The notes beneath the pieces are model-generated. The model made no database searches, was not told the origin of the DNA, and was given only the letters and a program-made list of their open reading frames with translations. From positions 3,296,001 to 3,360,000 of the forward strand of contig CAXXJJ010000004.1 of the NCBI GenBank assembly GCA_963667015.2: a stretch of 64,000 bases of DNA. Direction: 5' to 3'. Position 1 is the stretch's first letter, and each line of letters opens with the position of its first letter. Below are positions 42,801 through 57,800 of this stretch, one piece after another. Position numbers and translations under genes: made by a program. Origin of the DNA: Desulfatiglandales bacterium. GTDB lineage: Bacteria > Desulfobacterota > DSM-4660 > Desulfatiglandales > HGW-15.

Positions 42801-45800
42801 CCATCATCGTCTCGCTCAATTACAGCGTTATTAATAGAGTATGTAATATCAGTTGTTGCTGAAGCTGTTACTACTGCTACCGTCTGAGCACCTCCATCAT
42901 TACTGTCAGTAGAAAGAGGTCCATCAACTGTAATCGTATCTCCCGAAACAGATAGAATATCATATGTTCCATTATTGGCCGACTCATCTGCCCCGGATAT
43001 GGTTATACTGTGAGCATCCGAATAATCAGTTGACCAGTTGCCCGAGAGATTAATAATTTTTGCATTTTCATGGAACAGCTCGGCAGTAAATCTGACATTA
43101 TCTGAGATCGTAACACCTATGGTAAAGGTTGATCCGTTGCTGTCCGTTGTCCCGTCGGAAAGGACTGAATTATCCTCCAGTACGAGATCAGAAGCTGTAA
43201 CACTTTTAATTGTGTAAATTCCGTCATTCGCACCGGCGCCATCAATAGTCACTTCCTGGCCGGCTACAAATCCGTCTGTAACCCAGCTTCCGCTGTCTCT
43301 GGAAATATATGCGTTCGCAGTTATATTATCATCACCATCTCTGACTTCAGCAGTGAAACTCAGTAGTACCCCGTTCTGGATGGAAACATCTTTTTCTATT
43401 GTTATATCGCTGCTGCTTATACTGTCATCAACAATTCCCGCTCCGCTTGTTAACTCAATTACCGAATTATCGATTGCCGCAATTGTAAAACCGATGCCGG
43501 TATTATTATCAGCTTCATCCGCACCGGAAATTCTGATCACATCGCCGACCTCAAATCCCTGACCTGACCAGTCACCGCCTGTCCATTCGATCTCCGAATT
43601 TGCTGCTTCCTGCTCTGCAACAAACGCCATATCCGCAGTTGTCTGACCTATTGTTGATGTAACGGTTTCACCGCTTTCCGATCCTGAAGCGATATCATAG
43701 GTTTCAAGCAGCACGAGTTCATCTGCAGTAACCTCAAAGACTGTATAGTCTGTCCCGTTAATTGAGATAGTTTTATCGGCAAGAAAACCGTCATCAACCC
43801 AGCTTCCTCCGTCATCCCTAGTTATAACCGCCTGCTTTGAGATATAATCAAGAACCGGGTTAAGGGTCATATTTGCGGGATTTTCATTTGCCTTAAGGGC
43901 CTGTGCAAAAACATCCGCCTGAATATCCGCCTCATTAGTAAGTTTTGGACCTGTTATTTTTATGCTGCTTCCATCAACTGATAAGATTCGGTAGGTTCCG
44001 TCATTTGAGGTGGTTCCGTTGACATTGATATACTGACCTTCCTGGAACCCGTCATCCTCCCAGTTACCGCTGTCAAGGGTAATGGTGGAGTTCAATCGGC
44101 TGAATGTCAGCGCAGGTGCTCCGCTCAGCACTATAGGATCACTTCCTATGGAACTTTCTACAGCAAATACATCAGCCGTATCAGCATTATGATCTGCGGC
44201 CAGAGTTTCTACCAGTGTAACAGTTGTATCGGTAACCGACTTGATCCGATATACCCCGTCGTTACCGTTTGAACCGTGTATACCTATGTACTGGTCGTCT
44301 TCAAATCCGTCATCCAGCCAGCTTCCGTTGCTTCGGGTAATTGTGTCGTCGGAGACTCCATTGGTTTCAAAATCCAGGGTTGGCATTCCGGATCCCTGGT
44401 CTGCAAGCATGACAGGGGTATACTGCTCATCTGTATCACTTATGATGAGTTCCTGTATATTATTTCTACCGGACCTCACAGTACCGTCTATCTGGACACC
44501 TGCAGAGGCAGATTCCCTGTATGAATCTTTTTCTATTTTGAGACTGACCGGATCTGCCCCGAAAATTGATCCGAAAAAGTTGGCTATGGCTGCCAGTACT
44601 TCACGATAAAGATCCGTACCCTCACCTGAGCCGTTGGCATAGTAATTTCCATTTTCAGCAGAAATAATGACATCCGACGACGCCCCTACATACGCGCCTT
44701 CTTCTATACTGACATTATTTGTCTGGACTATCTCACCGTGAGCCTGTGGGTCGGTCTTAATTGGCAAGGCAGTTTTATTCCAGAGATCAGTATTTGCTTT
44801 TATACTAAAATCATTTCCCACCCCAGCTTCAAGTGTAATACTTCCAAGCGAATCGATACTTGCATTAGTTCCCACCGTGACGTTGTTATCAGCATGCACC
44901 GAAGCAAGTGATTCACCCTGTGCGGCTCCTGCAACACCATAGGTTTTTGCGCTTGCCTGGGCTTTTACATCGGCTTCTGAATGAGCTGATAAAATTATAT
45001 CCCCGATACTTGTAATATCAGCATCCCCGATTATGATCTCGTTGGTGTTATTTTTATTGAGAATTACAGATTTTGCCTTGGCAAGTGCTATTGCTCCGCC
45101 TGAATCAAGTTTAACCTTATCAGTTGCATTGATTACATTTTTACTGTTAAAGGTCATCAATCCCGGATTGAACCTGTCTCCATCCACTTCTATGTCTGCA
45201 CCGTCTGCAATTGAAATCTTAGTGCCGTTATTGATTGTTGTCACGCTTCCGGCAGCAGGTCCTCCAGCCAGGCCTCCTGCGCCTGCGGTTACATCATAAC
45301 CGTTTGATGTTTTATTTATAACATTATTGGCATCCACATCAATTTCACCGGCGTTGATATTAACTCCGAGACCAAAGGAAACATTAACATTGGAGTTGAC
45401 AACATTTGTGATGCTGGAACCGCTGCTTCCGACTACTGCGGAAGTCTTGCTGTCCGAATCAACACTGAATTTTGATGTATGCTGTGCCAGAGCCTTGAAG
45501 GAGTTATCCACATCTATGGATGACCCGCTATCAGTGCCGATAATAATCCCGGTGGCACTGTTATTTGTTGTTTTTGCGGTTGAAGCCGCACCGGCAATAA
45601 GACCTCCGCTTCCTGCCTGAACTGATGCATAATTTTCATCTGTTCCGATTGCCTGGATATCGAGACTTCCTCCGCTTATGTTTAGATTTCTTCCAAGATA
45701 GGCCTGTGTCACTGTGTTGGATGTGGCATATGCCTGGTTGAAACCTTCTGCAATAAGTCCATCAGCCTTCCCCTTGGCGCTGGCCATCTGCTTTGAATCC

Positions 45801-48800
45801 TGATTTGCATATACCTTGATATCACCCGTCACATTAACATCAAGATCTCCGTATGTATTCGATATTACGGGAATATCCTCTCCTATATAGGCCAGCACAT
45901 TACTGCTGTTTTCGATCTGGCTTTTGGTACCTATAACACCTATAAGACCGCCTGAAGATCCGGTAGTTTTTACATCTCCTGTATAATCGCCGGGAAGAAG
46001 CAACTGTTTAGCTGTTATGCTCAGGTTGTCAGCTGTTACAGCCCTGCTATTTGTACCCAATCCAAGGTATGCCTTCACAGTAGGTGAAATTGTGACATAG
46101 GTACTTGAAGCACCTACAGAAAGTGTTCCTGCGTTAACGCCATAGACTGTTACATCCACCTTTGGATCAGTTATGGCGCTGATATTAATATCGTGTGCAA
46201 CCAGATCAGAATCATTTACAAAGGCCGTTGTTTCGGATGCAACTGTTCCTGTTGCCTTTGAACCTCCTGAAGCCACGGATATAAGCCCTGCAGCCTTTAT
46301 AGCTGATCCTGTTCTTGCATCCATTTTGGATTCATCACTCGCAATCACATCCAGATTACCATTAAGCGTAAGTACACTGTTATTTACATAACCCGATGTA
46401 GTCGTATTAATACTGTTTGAGGCTATTGCACCTCCGCCACTTACGGCAACACTGAAAAGGCTTCCGCTTATTGAAGAGGAAGCAGCTGAGGATCTTGACG
46501 CTATATTTGTCTTTTCCCTGGCCTCAACCTTCATATCGCCGTTATCGGTTTCTACTGTAGATGACTCTACAAATGCTTTTACTTTGTTTTCTATTTTATT
46601 TTCAGAAACAGCCAGACCAAGGGAAATAGCAACGCCTATACCTCCGAAGCTTGCGGCTATTGAAGCTGCTCCGGCTTCAGAAGTGATAGTCGATGAATCA
46701 TCCGCCAGAAGTTCTAATGAACTGGCATCAATTGCCGAATCCTGTATAAATGATTGAACGTCTGTAGAGATTTTATTTATAGCCACTACCCCTGATCCGC
46801 TTACAGAAACAGCCGCAAGACCGGCTGATACAGCGGCTGATTTGGAAAGAACAATAGCCCCGATAGTTTCGTCCGTTTCTGCCTCCTGTGTCAGGCCTCC
46901 TGCAGCAGTTACCGTTGAATCATCGATGTAGGTTTGAACCTGCGCCGGAGTTTTGTTGTCAAACAGATCATAGCCAATAAGATTTCTTGCAACAGCAGAA
47001 CCTATGGATGATCCATAACCTATGGCTCCACCTGTAACTGCGGCACTGGCTGCGCCGACTATTGCGTTTATGGCTGAAGTATCGGATGCCTCAAGGATAA
47101 CACCTCCTGCACTGAATACAGTGCTGCCGGTTATATATGCATTGGTTTCGGTTAAGATAATATTTGTTGCTATTGCGCCCGCGCCGCTTACTGATGTTCC
47201 GGTTAACAAGCCTATAGAAGCTGCCAGTGATGCTGCTGATGTGAGGGCATTTATTGTAGCCTCTTCTGACGCATGGATCCTTACAAAACCGGAACTATCC
47301 GTTGTAGTAACAGCGCTGTTATTTATAAATGATGATATCCTGTTACTGATCTCATTATGGGCAATGGAAACGCCTATAGATATTCCCGCTGCACCGTACC
47401 CTGGCCCTAAGGCTGCGGCAAGGCTTGCCGCTCCTGTTACAGCAGATATTTCGGATTTATCAATGGCACTTAAGTCCACGCTTCCTGAATCAACTGTAGT
47501 TACTCCGTCAATTTGTTCAATAAATGATTTTACATCTGCGTGGGTGGTATTGATTGCAACAGCGCCGGCTCCGCTTACGCTTACACCTATCGCACCGACT
47601 GACGCAGCTGCTGATCCTGAAGCAACTACTGCATCCATGGATTGCTCAGATAACGATGTAAGCTGCACAGTATTATCTGCATCAATGTCTGAATCCACTA
47701 TATATGCCCTTGTTTCAGCCGGGTTCTCAACCAGATTCACCTGCTTCCACAGTTCCGTATTTCCATAATCCTGGTTTCTAAGGTCAACATAGGTTTCACC
47801 TTCATCGGGCAACTGATTTTCTGAACCTATGTATTCATATACATCGCCTTCCCTTACTCCGCTTTCTATCTTAACTCTATCACCATTTACTATTTGGTTT
47901 CTTGAAGCTGTAGTAGAGTAATCGTAGGGAGTATCTATACCCAGTTCCCAGCCTATTAAATTCCTTGCAAAGGACAATCCGATGGAAACACCAACCCCTA
48001 CACCACCGCCTGCAGCAGCAGCGGAAAGAGACACGACACCCGAGGCAATTGTTGGTGACTTCACATTAAAATCATTTCCGTTTCTTTCAATGTTATAGAA
48101 ATCTCCGGTCTTTCTATCAATAACAGACCATTGTGAGCCTTCACTTCTAATGGTTACAGAAAGATCTCCCGAGTTTCCGATTCCCTCTGCAGCAAGCAAA
48201 GCGGAAAGTTCTACAATTAAAACATTATCATCTGCTATATCTGAGTTTCTCTCGTTAGCCGGGGTATGGGAGTTATCATCATCCGTTGAGTTTGCATCAT
48301 CCATCCTGCTCGCAAAATCATTCCCGTCAGCCACAGTAAATGTTTTCCCATCAGGTATCGCGGAAAGGCTTTCTGCAGAAAGAACAAGGTCACTGTTACT
48401 GTCAACAGTACTGTCCTCTATATATGCATTTGTCTTTGTAAGAATAACATTAGTTGCTTCGGCACCTGCACCGCTTACAGATACTGCCACCCCGGCGACT
48501 GTAATGGCTGTGGACGCTGCAGCAGAAAGGGAGTTAACCTGGGATCGTTCTATTGCCTCGACTGAAATATTTCCGGTGGTTGATATTACTGAACTATCCA
48601 ATATATAAGCGGTAACTTCGTTTTCGATCATATTGTGGGCAAAAGCTAATCCTATGGAGACAGCGACTCCAACACCGCCTAGTGCAGCCCCGGCTGATGC
48701 AGATCCTGCAAAGGCAACTATTTTTGAAGTATCTTCTGCAATAATATCGATGCTGCCGGCTGTAATAGTAGATCCGGCCTCTATGGTAGATTTAACATCT

Positions 48801-51800
48801 CCAAATATCAGGTTAACAGCCTGAACTCCTGTTCCGCTCACTCCTACCCCTACGCCACCCGGGGCTATAGCTACTGACATAGCCATCACAGCCGATTTTA
48901 TTGTCTCTTCAGCAACGGCTTTCTGGGCAAATGATCCTAAAGCTGTAACCTCTGAGTTACTTACATAAGAGATAGCGCCGCTATCTACCAGCTCTGACCC
49001 TATTATATTAACAGCAAATGAGGCGCCTATCGATACTCCAACCCCGACGACACCTCCTGCAATAGCAGCCGTTGATGCAAGAACAACTGCATTAATGCTA
49101 GAGACATCCTTAGCCTCGATTAAAACATCACCTTCACTGTATACATCACTGTCCTGTATATAGGCTGACGTATTTGTGAGAATTATATTTGTTGCTCCTG
49201 CACCTGCACCACTTACTGAAACGCCCACTCCCCCGACTGTCAGGGCAAGTGAAGCTGCTGCTGTAAGTGAATTAATATTTGCAGATTCTGTTGCGGTTAT
49301 TGAAACAGCTCCTGAACCGTCTGTAGTTACAATTCCATCGTCTGCATTATATATGAATGCTGCAATATCATTATTTATCTCATTTACAGCTCCCGCTGTC
49401 CCGATTGAAACAGCAACACCTACACCGCCAAAAGCTGCGCCCAGGCTGACTGCACCCGTCACCGCCGATATCCTGGATGCATCTTCAGCACTTATTGATA
49501 ATGAGCTCCCCTTGATACCGGCTATTTCTCCACTTCCTATTGCAGTATCTCCTTCAATAAAGGCCTTCACATCCGTGTTTATCGCATTGAGCGCTCCTGC
49601 ACCTGCTCCAGCCACGCCAACTGCAACGCCTCCACCTGTAGCGGCAGCAGAGCCTGCAACCACAAGCGCATCTATTGACTGATCAGAAAAGGAATTAAGT
49701 GATATTAATCCTCCAGCATTAACGCTGGAGTCAAGCATATAGGCCTGGACCTGGGCTGGGGATTCTACACGGTTTATCTGTTTCCAGAAATCGGTATTGT
49801 TGTAATCCTGCATGGCGAGTTTTGCACTGCCAATCGATTCCCAACGATCGGAATTTCTAAAATCTTCAGAACCCAGATTTAAATATGTGTTGTCGTCTCC
49901 TGTAAATTTATAAATTCCTGTTTCTGTTCCTTTATTTTCATCGTATCCGGCATTTACCTTAACCAGATCACCGTTATTCAGACTCTTTGCACCGTCATTT
50001 GTTGTGTAATCGTAAATAGTGGCCGTTGGACCGATATATTCATAAACATAGTCTTCCTTTACACCATCTTCTATCTTTACTGTTTTTCCAGTCTCAAGAA
50101 CTGCCGGTTCATCAGTGGTTGTATAATCAAAAGCTGTATCGGACGCTATTTCCCATCCAATCAGGTTTGTAGCATATGAAATACCCATTGACACGCCAAC
50201 ACCTACCCCGCCGCCTGCTATTGCAGCGGAGGCTGATATCACTGCAGCACTGATCGTTGACATTGAAACAGTAAAATTGTTTCCATCTCTGGTTATAGTA
50301 TAGGAATACCCTGTGTCTCTGTCGGTTACTGACCACTGCTCCCCTTCTGAACGCAGTGTAACCGCGAGATCACCCGAATTTATAATAAGGTTGTCCTCCA
50401 ACAAATCTGATAATTCAGCAATAAATGTGCTATCTGCCGCACTATCTGTTTCTTTCTCGTCTGCAACGGTATCTTCATTATCTACATCAACTGAAGAAGC
50501 ATCATCCAGTTTAGCTGCAAAATCATTGGCTTCTGCTTCATTTGCCATAACCAGGTCATTAAACCCGGGAGCACCTGAAAGTGCTTCAGCCTTAATGGAT
50601 GTTTCTCCGGCACTTACAATACTGCTGCCCTCAGCATAGGCATTAGTCTTTGTAAGAACAACATTGCTTGCCTCTGCTCCTGCGCCCGAGACAGATACTC
50701 CGACGCCTCCTATTGCCACACCCAGTGCAGCAGCGGCAGAGGCTGAGTTTATGAGGGATTTTTCAAGTGCATAGGCTGTAACATCAGTTCCTGTGGATTC
50801 CACACGGCTTTCTTTGATATAGGAAGAAACATTATTATCTATCATATTGTGAGCGATAGCAGCGCCTATGGATACAGCTACACCTGTACCGCCAAAACCG
50901 CCCGTAATTGCAGCAGCCCCTCCGTAGGCCATTATGCTTGATATATCTTCAGCTTTAAGGTCTACACTTATCCCTGTCACATCGCTCGCGTTATCTATAA
51001 AGGCATTTATATCGGTGGAAACCATATTTATTCCGGCAACTCCGGATCCACCAACGCCCACGCCAACGCCTCCAGCGCCTATGGCTACTGCCCCTGCAGC
51101 AATGATTGAATTAATACTCTCTTCGGCAGCTGCTGTGATATCAATATCCCCTGCGGCTGTTATTGTTGAGTTATCAACATAAGCCCTTACCTGAGCGGGA
51201 TCCTTTATGGGTATTGTGCCAAGCAACAGATCATACCCTATCATATTGCTTGCATGGGAAGCTCCTATCGCTACTCCAACACCTGTTCCGCCGCCTCCCA
51301 CGGATGCAGCCACTGCTGCAACTATTGCATCTATGGAAGATTTATCCTCTGCACTGATAATTACATTCCCTGCCGGGTCGGAAGTTGTAATTATACTTTC
51401 CTCAATATATGCATTGGTTTTTGTCAGTATCGAATTTGTCGCAGAGGCCCCTGCTCCGCTGATTGCAACTCCGGTTCCGCCTATGGCAACCGAGAGTGAG
51501 GCTGCGGCAGTGACACTGGAAATAGAGGATTTCTCGGCAGCCTCAACAGAAACAGAACCCGTATCTGCAGATATACTATCATCAGCTCTGGTTATAAATG
51601 ATGAGACTTCATTACTTATACCATTATGGGCAACTGCCAATCCAACTGATATTGCCACACCGGTTCCGCCAAATCCAGCTGCCAGGGTTGCTGCCCCCGT
51701 AATTGCATTGATGGTTGAGTTATCATCGGCCGCAAGAGAAATGCTTCCGGCCTGAATGCCGGAATTTTCACCGGATCCGTCACCATCAATATAAGACATT

Positions 51801-54800
51801 ACCTTTGCGGATATTAGATTCACGGCTCCCACACCGGCGCCGGAGACTGAAAATCCTGTACTTCCACCGGATGCGGCTACTGCACCTGAAACTACGATTG
51901 CATCAATACTCTGCTCGGAATTAGATTTTACAGTAACAGACCCGTCAGCTCTGATTCCCGAGTCAAGGATGAAAGCCTGAACATCAATAGGAGCTTCTCC
52001 CAGGTTTACCTGGCGCCACAGATCCTCATTTCCATAATCCTGCATGGTAAGTCTTGAGCTACCAACTGACTCCCAAAGATCATTATTGGTGTAATCCTGG
52101 GCACTTAAATTTACAAAATCGCCGTCACCGCCCAGATATCTGTATATTGTAGTACCGCTTCCCTTTATATTATCATCGGGATCATCTTCACCATATCCTG
52201 ATTCAAGCTTTACAAGGCTCCCCTTTTCAAGCAGCCTTACTCCGTCACTGCTTGTATAATCGTAGAAATCAACATCTTCACCGATATATTCATATATATT
52301 ACCGGCCTTGATACCAGACTCGATTTTAACCCTGTCACCGTTTTTAAGACCAGATGGATTATCCCCGGTTGTGTATTCATATTCCGTATCAAGTATCTCT
52401 TCCCAGCCAATTATGTTGCCTGCAAATGATACACCGATTGATACTCCAACTCCGGTACTTCCACCTGCCAGTGCTAATGAAGCAGTTGCAATTACCGCTT
52501 TGATTTCCGCATCGTTGGATGCGGTTATACTTATGCCTGAAGAGTCAAGGATGTAGCTGTCCTTTATATAGGCATTGGTCTTTGTGAGTATCACGTTAAT
52601 CGCTTCAGCGCCTGCTCCGCTTACTGCTACGCCTGTCTGAGCAATTGCTACAGACAATGCTGCAGCTGCAGATACGGCATGTATCCTGCTGCTCTCTGTC
52701 GAAAGGATATCTATTTTTCCAATTGCATTAATCGCATCTGAGTTATCTATAAAGGATTCAACACTGCTGCTTATTGTATTGTGGGCAAGAGATACACCGA
52801 TTGATACGGCAACTCCCACGTTACTTGCGAATGATGCAGCAAGTGAAGCAGCTGCAGCGATAACCGATATTGTTGAAGTATCGGTAGCCGAAAGTAAGAT
52901 ATTTTCTGCAGAAATACCTGTGTTACCATCCCCGTCTATTGACGTTTGAACATCAACTCCTATCCAGTTTTCTGAGAAAACTCCGGATCCGCTTACTGCA
53001 ACTCCTAATTTACCGGCACCTATTGCTGCTGATCCTGCTATTACTGCAGCATTTATGGTCTGATCGGCAACAGCCGTCTGGGAAAGATCGCCTGTAGCAT
53101 TTATACTTGAATTCTCAATGTATGATCTTACTTCGGATGATTCCCGGGTATAATCTCCCTGATAACCTATGAGGTTGCGGGAAATGGCCGCACCTATTGA
53201 AACCCCTACACCTGCGCTGCCTCCGCCTCCGACTGCAGCAGATGCTGCCACAACCGCTGAGTTGATTGACTGATTGCTCTTTGAGCTGAGGTTTACATTA
53301 TCAGAGTTTAAAATGGAGCTGTTTCTTATAAATGTACTGGTATCCGAGAGTATTACGTTCTGTGAAAAGGCTCCTGCTCCGCTTACTGCTACACCGACTC
53401 CCTCTGATAATCCGATTCCGACACCCAGAGATGCAGCTGCCGAAACCGAGTTTATAGTTGATTCAGATATGGTAATGCTATTACCGTTCTTTTTAAGCAC
53501 ATAGGTTGTTCCGGATCCATCAATAAGTGTCCACCCCTTATCACCCGAAAGCTTTGATATTTTTAATCCTCCGGATACAAGCTGCCACCTGGCTGAATTG
53601 GAATAATCTTCCGTACTCAGATTAATTGAATTTACAGAATATGATTGCCAGAGGGGATCAGTTGAAAAATCTACTGTTCTGAGGTCTGTTATGGAATCTC
53701 CCTGGACATCCGATCCCGTAAATTCATAGTAATAACCAGTCGCTATATCCTTAACAATTGTTCCGGCTACAATATTGAGGCTGGATGATTGATTGGAAAA
53801 ATAATCCTGATAACCATGGAAGCGGTAAATGCCCCCTGCCTGACCTCCCTCTGAGTAGTCAAATGAGAGTTTTACTGTATCTCCATTTTCAAGCGTAGTA
53901 TTACCATCAGCAGTGGTAAACTTTGCATTACCGAGAGATGATACAATTTCCCAGGTACCTGTGCTGGAATAGTCTTCAGTACTCAGATCGGTATTAAATA
54001 ACTGCCACTTTTCATCGCTCTTAAAATCAATATTGCTGAGATCTGTAATTGCTGAGCCTTCTGCCATTGTGCCGAAAAACTCATAATATCTATCGCTATC
54101 AATATCCTTAACTATGGTTCTGGCTTTTACGGTTACATTTGTATTATTTGACTGGTAATCAAAATAATCATCTTCCGAATCAAAATAATTCCACTTTTCA
54201 TCATTGCCAAAATCAACTGCTGTCATATCTGTAATTGCTGCAGCCTCTTCACTGCTGCCTGAAAATACATAAAAAGCGCCTGTATCAATATCCTTAACTA
54301 TTGTACCGGAACTTACTGATACACCTGAAGAAGCAGCTGAATCATAATCCTGATATCCAAGATAGCGGTATATGCTTCCTGCAACACCGCCGTTCGCATA
54401 ATCACCTGAGAGTTTTACAGTATCCCCTTCCACGAGGGACTGATTACCATAGAGGGTTGTATAGAGAGCCTCATTTGAGACACTGTCGCCAGAAGTAAGG
54501 TTAATACCATGTTCCTCAAGAGCTGTTCTGAGTTTGGCAAGTATGGTGTTGTCAGTTAATGTATCCTGGGTTTCTTCGTTTACAGCATCATCCGAAGGAT
54601 CATCAGGGTCATCAGTGTCGCTGTTGGGATCGTCCGGATTATCCACTTCCCTGCTTGATGCATTATCCAGGTCATCAAATGTAAAGCCGTAATCATCGGG
54701 ATCAAAATCAAGGGCATTATCAGCGTTTGATCCGGCATACAATGATACATCTCCTATTGTAGCGATTCCATCATCCGCGTTTGCTATATACGCCTCAACC

Positions 54801-57800
54801 TGGTTATCCACTGTGTTGAATGCAAGTGAAAGCCCTATTGAAACCGATACACCGGCTTTGCCTCCAACCGAACCAGCTACAGAAGCTGCTCCTGCAATGC
54901 TGTTTATTGTGGATGAGTCATCAGCAACAAGAGAAATACTATTTGACGCTATTCCATCAGACCCGTCGCCGTTTATAAAGGCCCGTACATCTGAAGAAAT
55001 ATTGTTTTCCGCATAAACCCCGGCTCCGCTAAGGGCCAGCCCGAGTTTTCCGCCGCCGGCCAGGGCAACCGCACCTGCAAGAACCGTTGAGTTTATACTC
55101 TTTGATGCCACTGCATCGGCTGTCAGGTCACCGGATGCGTGGATGCTGGAATTTCTGACATAGGACTGGATCTCCGATCCCGACTTTGTAAGATCAGCTC
55201 TTTTCCATGCATCTTTGTCACCGAAATCTTCTCCCCCAAGATCCAGTGAGCTAAGGCGTGTCCAGTAGGCTGCATTCTGATAATCGGTGATCTGAAGATC
55301 CCATGTTCCTGTTGCCAAAACTACCGCGCCTGTTAAACCTGTGGCATCGGAATTGAGGTCTTCAACAAGATAAATCGTTTCACCTTCAACAGATTCAATT
55401 GTATATGTTCCGGTATTTGCTCCTGCACCGGTTATGTCTATTCGCTGACCTGCAGCAAATCCCTTTTCTGCCCAGCTATTGTCAGCCCACTTTATGCTGT
55501 CATAATCATCATCCGACTCATCATGATCAAAATCAAGGATTTCACCTTCAAGCGAAACCTGGCTGTCATTATAAACATACTGATATACTCCGGGAGCAGC
55601 AGCGCCCGAGTTTTCCAAATCAACCCAGACCCTGTCACCTGCTTCAGGACTGAAAATACCTGCATCTGCACTGTAGTCGGACCTTTCAATTCCGGAGCCA
55701 ACATATTCATATACCTCACCCTCCCATACTCCATCAGTTGTGACCTTTACCAGGTCTCCGGTGTTTATAGAATTGACATTATCAGATGATGTATAATCAA
55801 TAATCAACTCTTCAGATCTGGATCCGATTATGTTTCTTGCGACCGATGCACCGATTGCAACACCGATACCCGCCTTTGATCCGTAACTTAAAGAGGCTGA
55901 TAATGTTGGGACTATAGCAAGGATTTCCGATGAACTTATTGAGTCAAGATCAATATTTCCTACCGGATTTAATATTGTACCCAGAATACTGTTATCAATA
56001 TAGGAATTAGCAGATGACGTTATGTAGTTTCCTGCAATAGCTCCTCCACCGCTTACAGCCGCTCCAACACCTCCTTTACCGCCTCCGCCTGATCCTCCTC
56101 CAGATGCTCCGGTTGATATGGCCGCGCCTATAGAGGCAGATACAGCGATTGCCTGAATAGCGGCATTATCAACTACTTTCACTATTACATCATTTCCTCC
56201 GGTCAGTATTTCGGATGCATTTTTAATATAGGCTTCCGTTACATTTCCTATTCTGTTATCCACGACGGAAATGCCGATAGAAAGAGAAGCACCCGTACCG
56301 CCGCCGCTGCTCGCGCCCACACTCAATGCAGCGCCAATGGCAAGACCCCAGATTGAGCTGTCCGACTCTGATGTTATGGAGAGATCACCGTCTATATCAA
56401 TTGTTGAACCGTTTATATAGCTGCTTACTTTATTGGCAATATTGTTTACAGCAAATGCTCCGCCAACTGCTACTCCTAAGCCCTGACTTCCTGCACCGAC
56501 AGCAATACTGCCTCCTATTGCATTGGCGATAATCCCTGTATTGTCAGAAGCTCCAAGAGTCAGCACTCCATTCCCCTTAACAGTTGCTGAATCCGATATA
56601 TGCGCATCGATTATGTTATGTATAACATTTACAGACCCTGCTACTGATCCTCCGACAGCGCCACCAAACCTGTTTTTACCATAGCCGACTGAAAGGGATC
56701 CTGCGATTGTCAATGCCCATATCCGGGAGGCAGAATCAGCATCAATTATAATATCTCCTGCAGGATTTGCGATCGTTCCAAGGTCAGAATCAGTGACTTT
56801 TGCGACTGTTTCATTGGAGACCACATTTACTGCAACCGACCCTCCTATGGAAAGACCAAAACCTGTGTTTCCGCCCGAACCCACAGCAATGCTTATTCCT
56901 CCTGCATCTGCCATTATTGATGAGCTGTCTTTTGCCTCGACAGTGATATTCCCATTATTCAGGCTTTCAACACTGCTTTTTTCGATGTAACCTGCCGTGC
57001 TGTTATTTATAACATTTATAGTGGTAGCTCCGCTTATGGCAACGCCGACACCTGTTCCCGAACTTCCTCCGCCATCCTGTCCCGGAGAGTTTCCAACACC
57101 AACGCCAAGTGATCCAGCAATCGCCAGTGCCCATATGGCAGCATTGGAATCTGCTTCCAGCTCAACTCCGCCGTCAGACAGGACATCAACATTTGACATG
57201 TAGGCAGTTACACTGTTTTTAACCACATTGATGATCACCGAGGCACCAATTGAACCACCCAGCCCTGTGGTTCCTCCAATACCCACTGCAACACTCAATA
57301 CACCGGCATTTCCAAGAATAAGGGAATTATCCTTTGCATTAATAACAACATCACCGGCATTTCCTGTTATAATTGTATGCAGACCGGCTGTATCGCCCTT
57401 TATATAAGAACTGATGGATCTTTCGATTGTATTCAAAGATCCGGCGCCTGCTCCTGAGAATGCCAGGCCATAGGATTCTTTTCCTTTACCGCCTGATCCC
57501 ACTCCAGCCAGGGTCATCGCCCAGATATCATTATTGGATTCGGAATTAAGGTCAATACCACCGGAGGCGGTTACATCAGAGCCGTCAATATATGATTTGA
57601 TATAGCCGGAGACCGAATTTATGGATATTGATGCCCCAATAGATGCCGCTCCAGCCTTATTTCCCAGGGCTACCGCAACCCCCAGGATGCCCGAATTGGA
57701 AAGAATGGTTGAGGCGTCATTTGCTGTAAGGGATACATCCTGTCCTGCTCCGCTGTTAACAGTGCTTCCGTTTCCGATATAGGTTTCAACATTACTTTCA

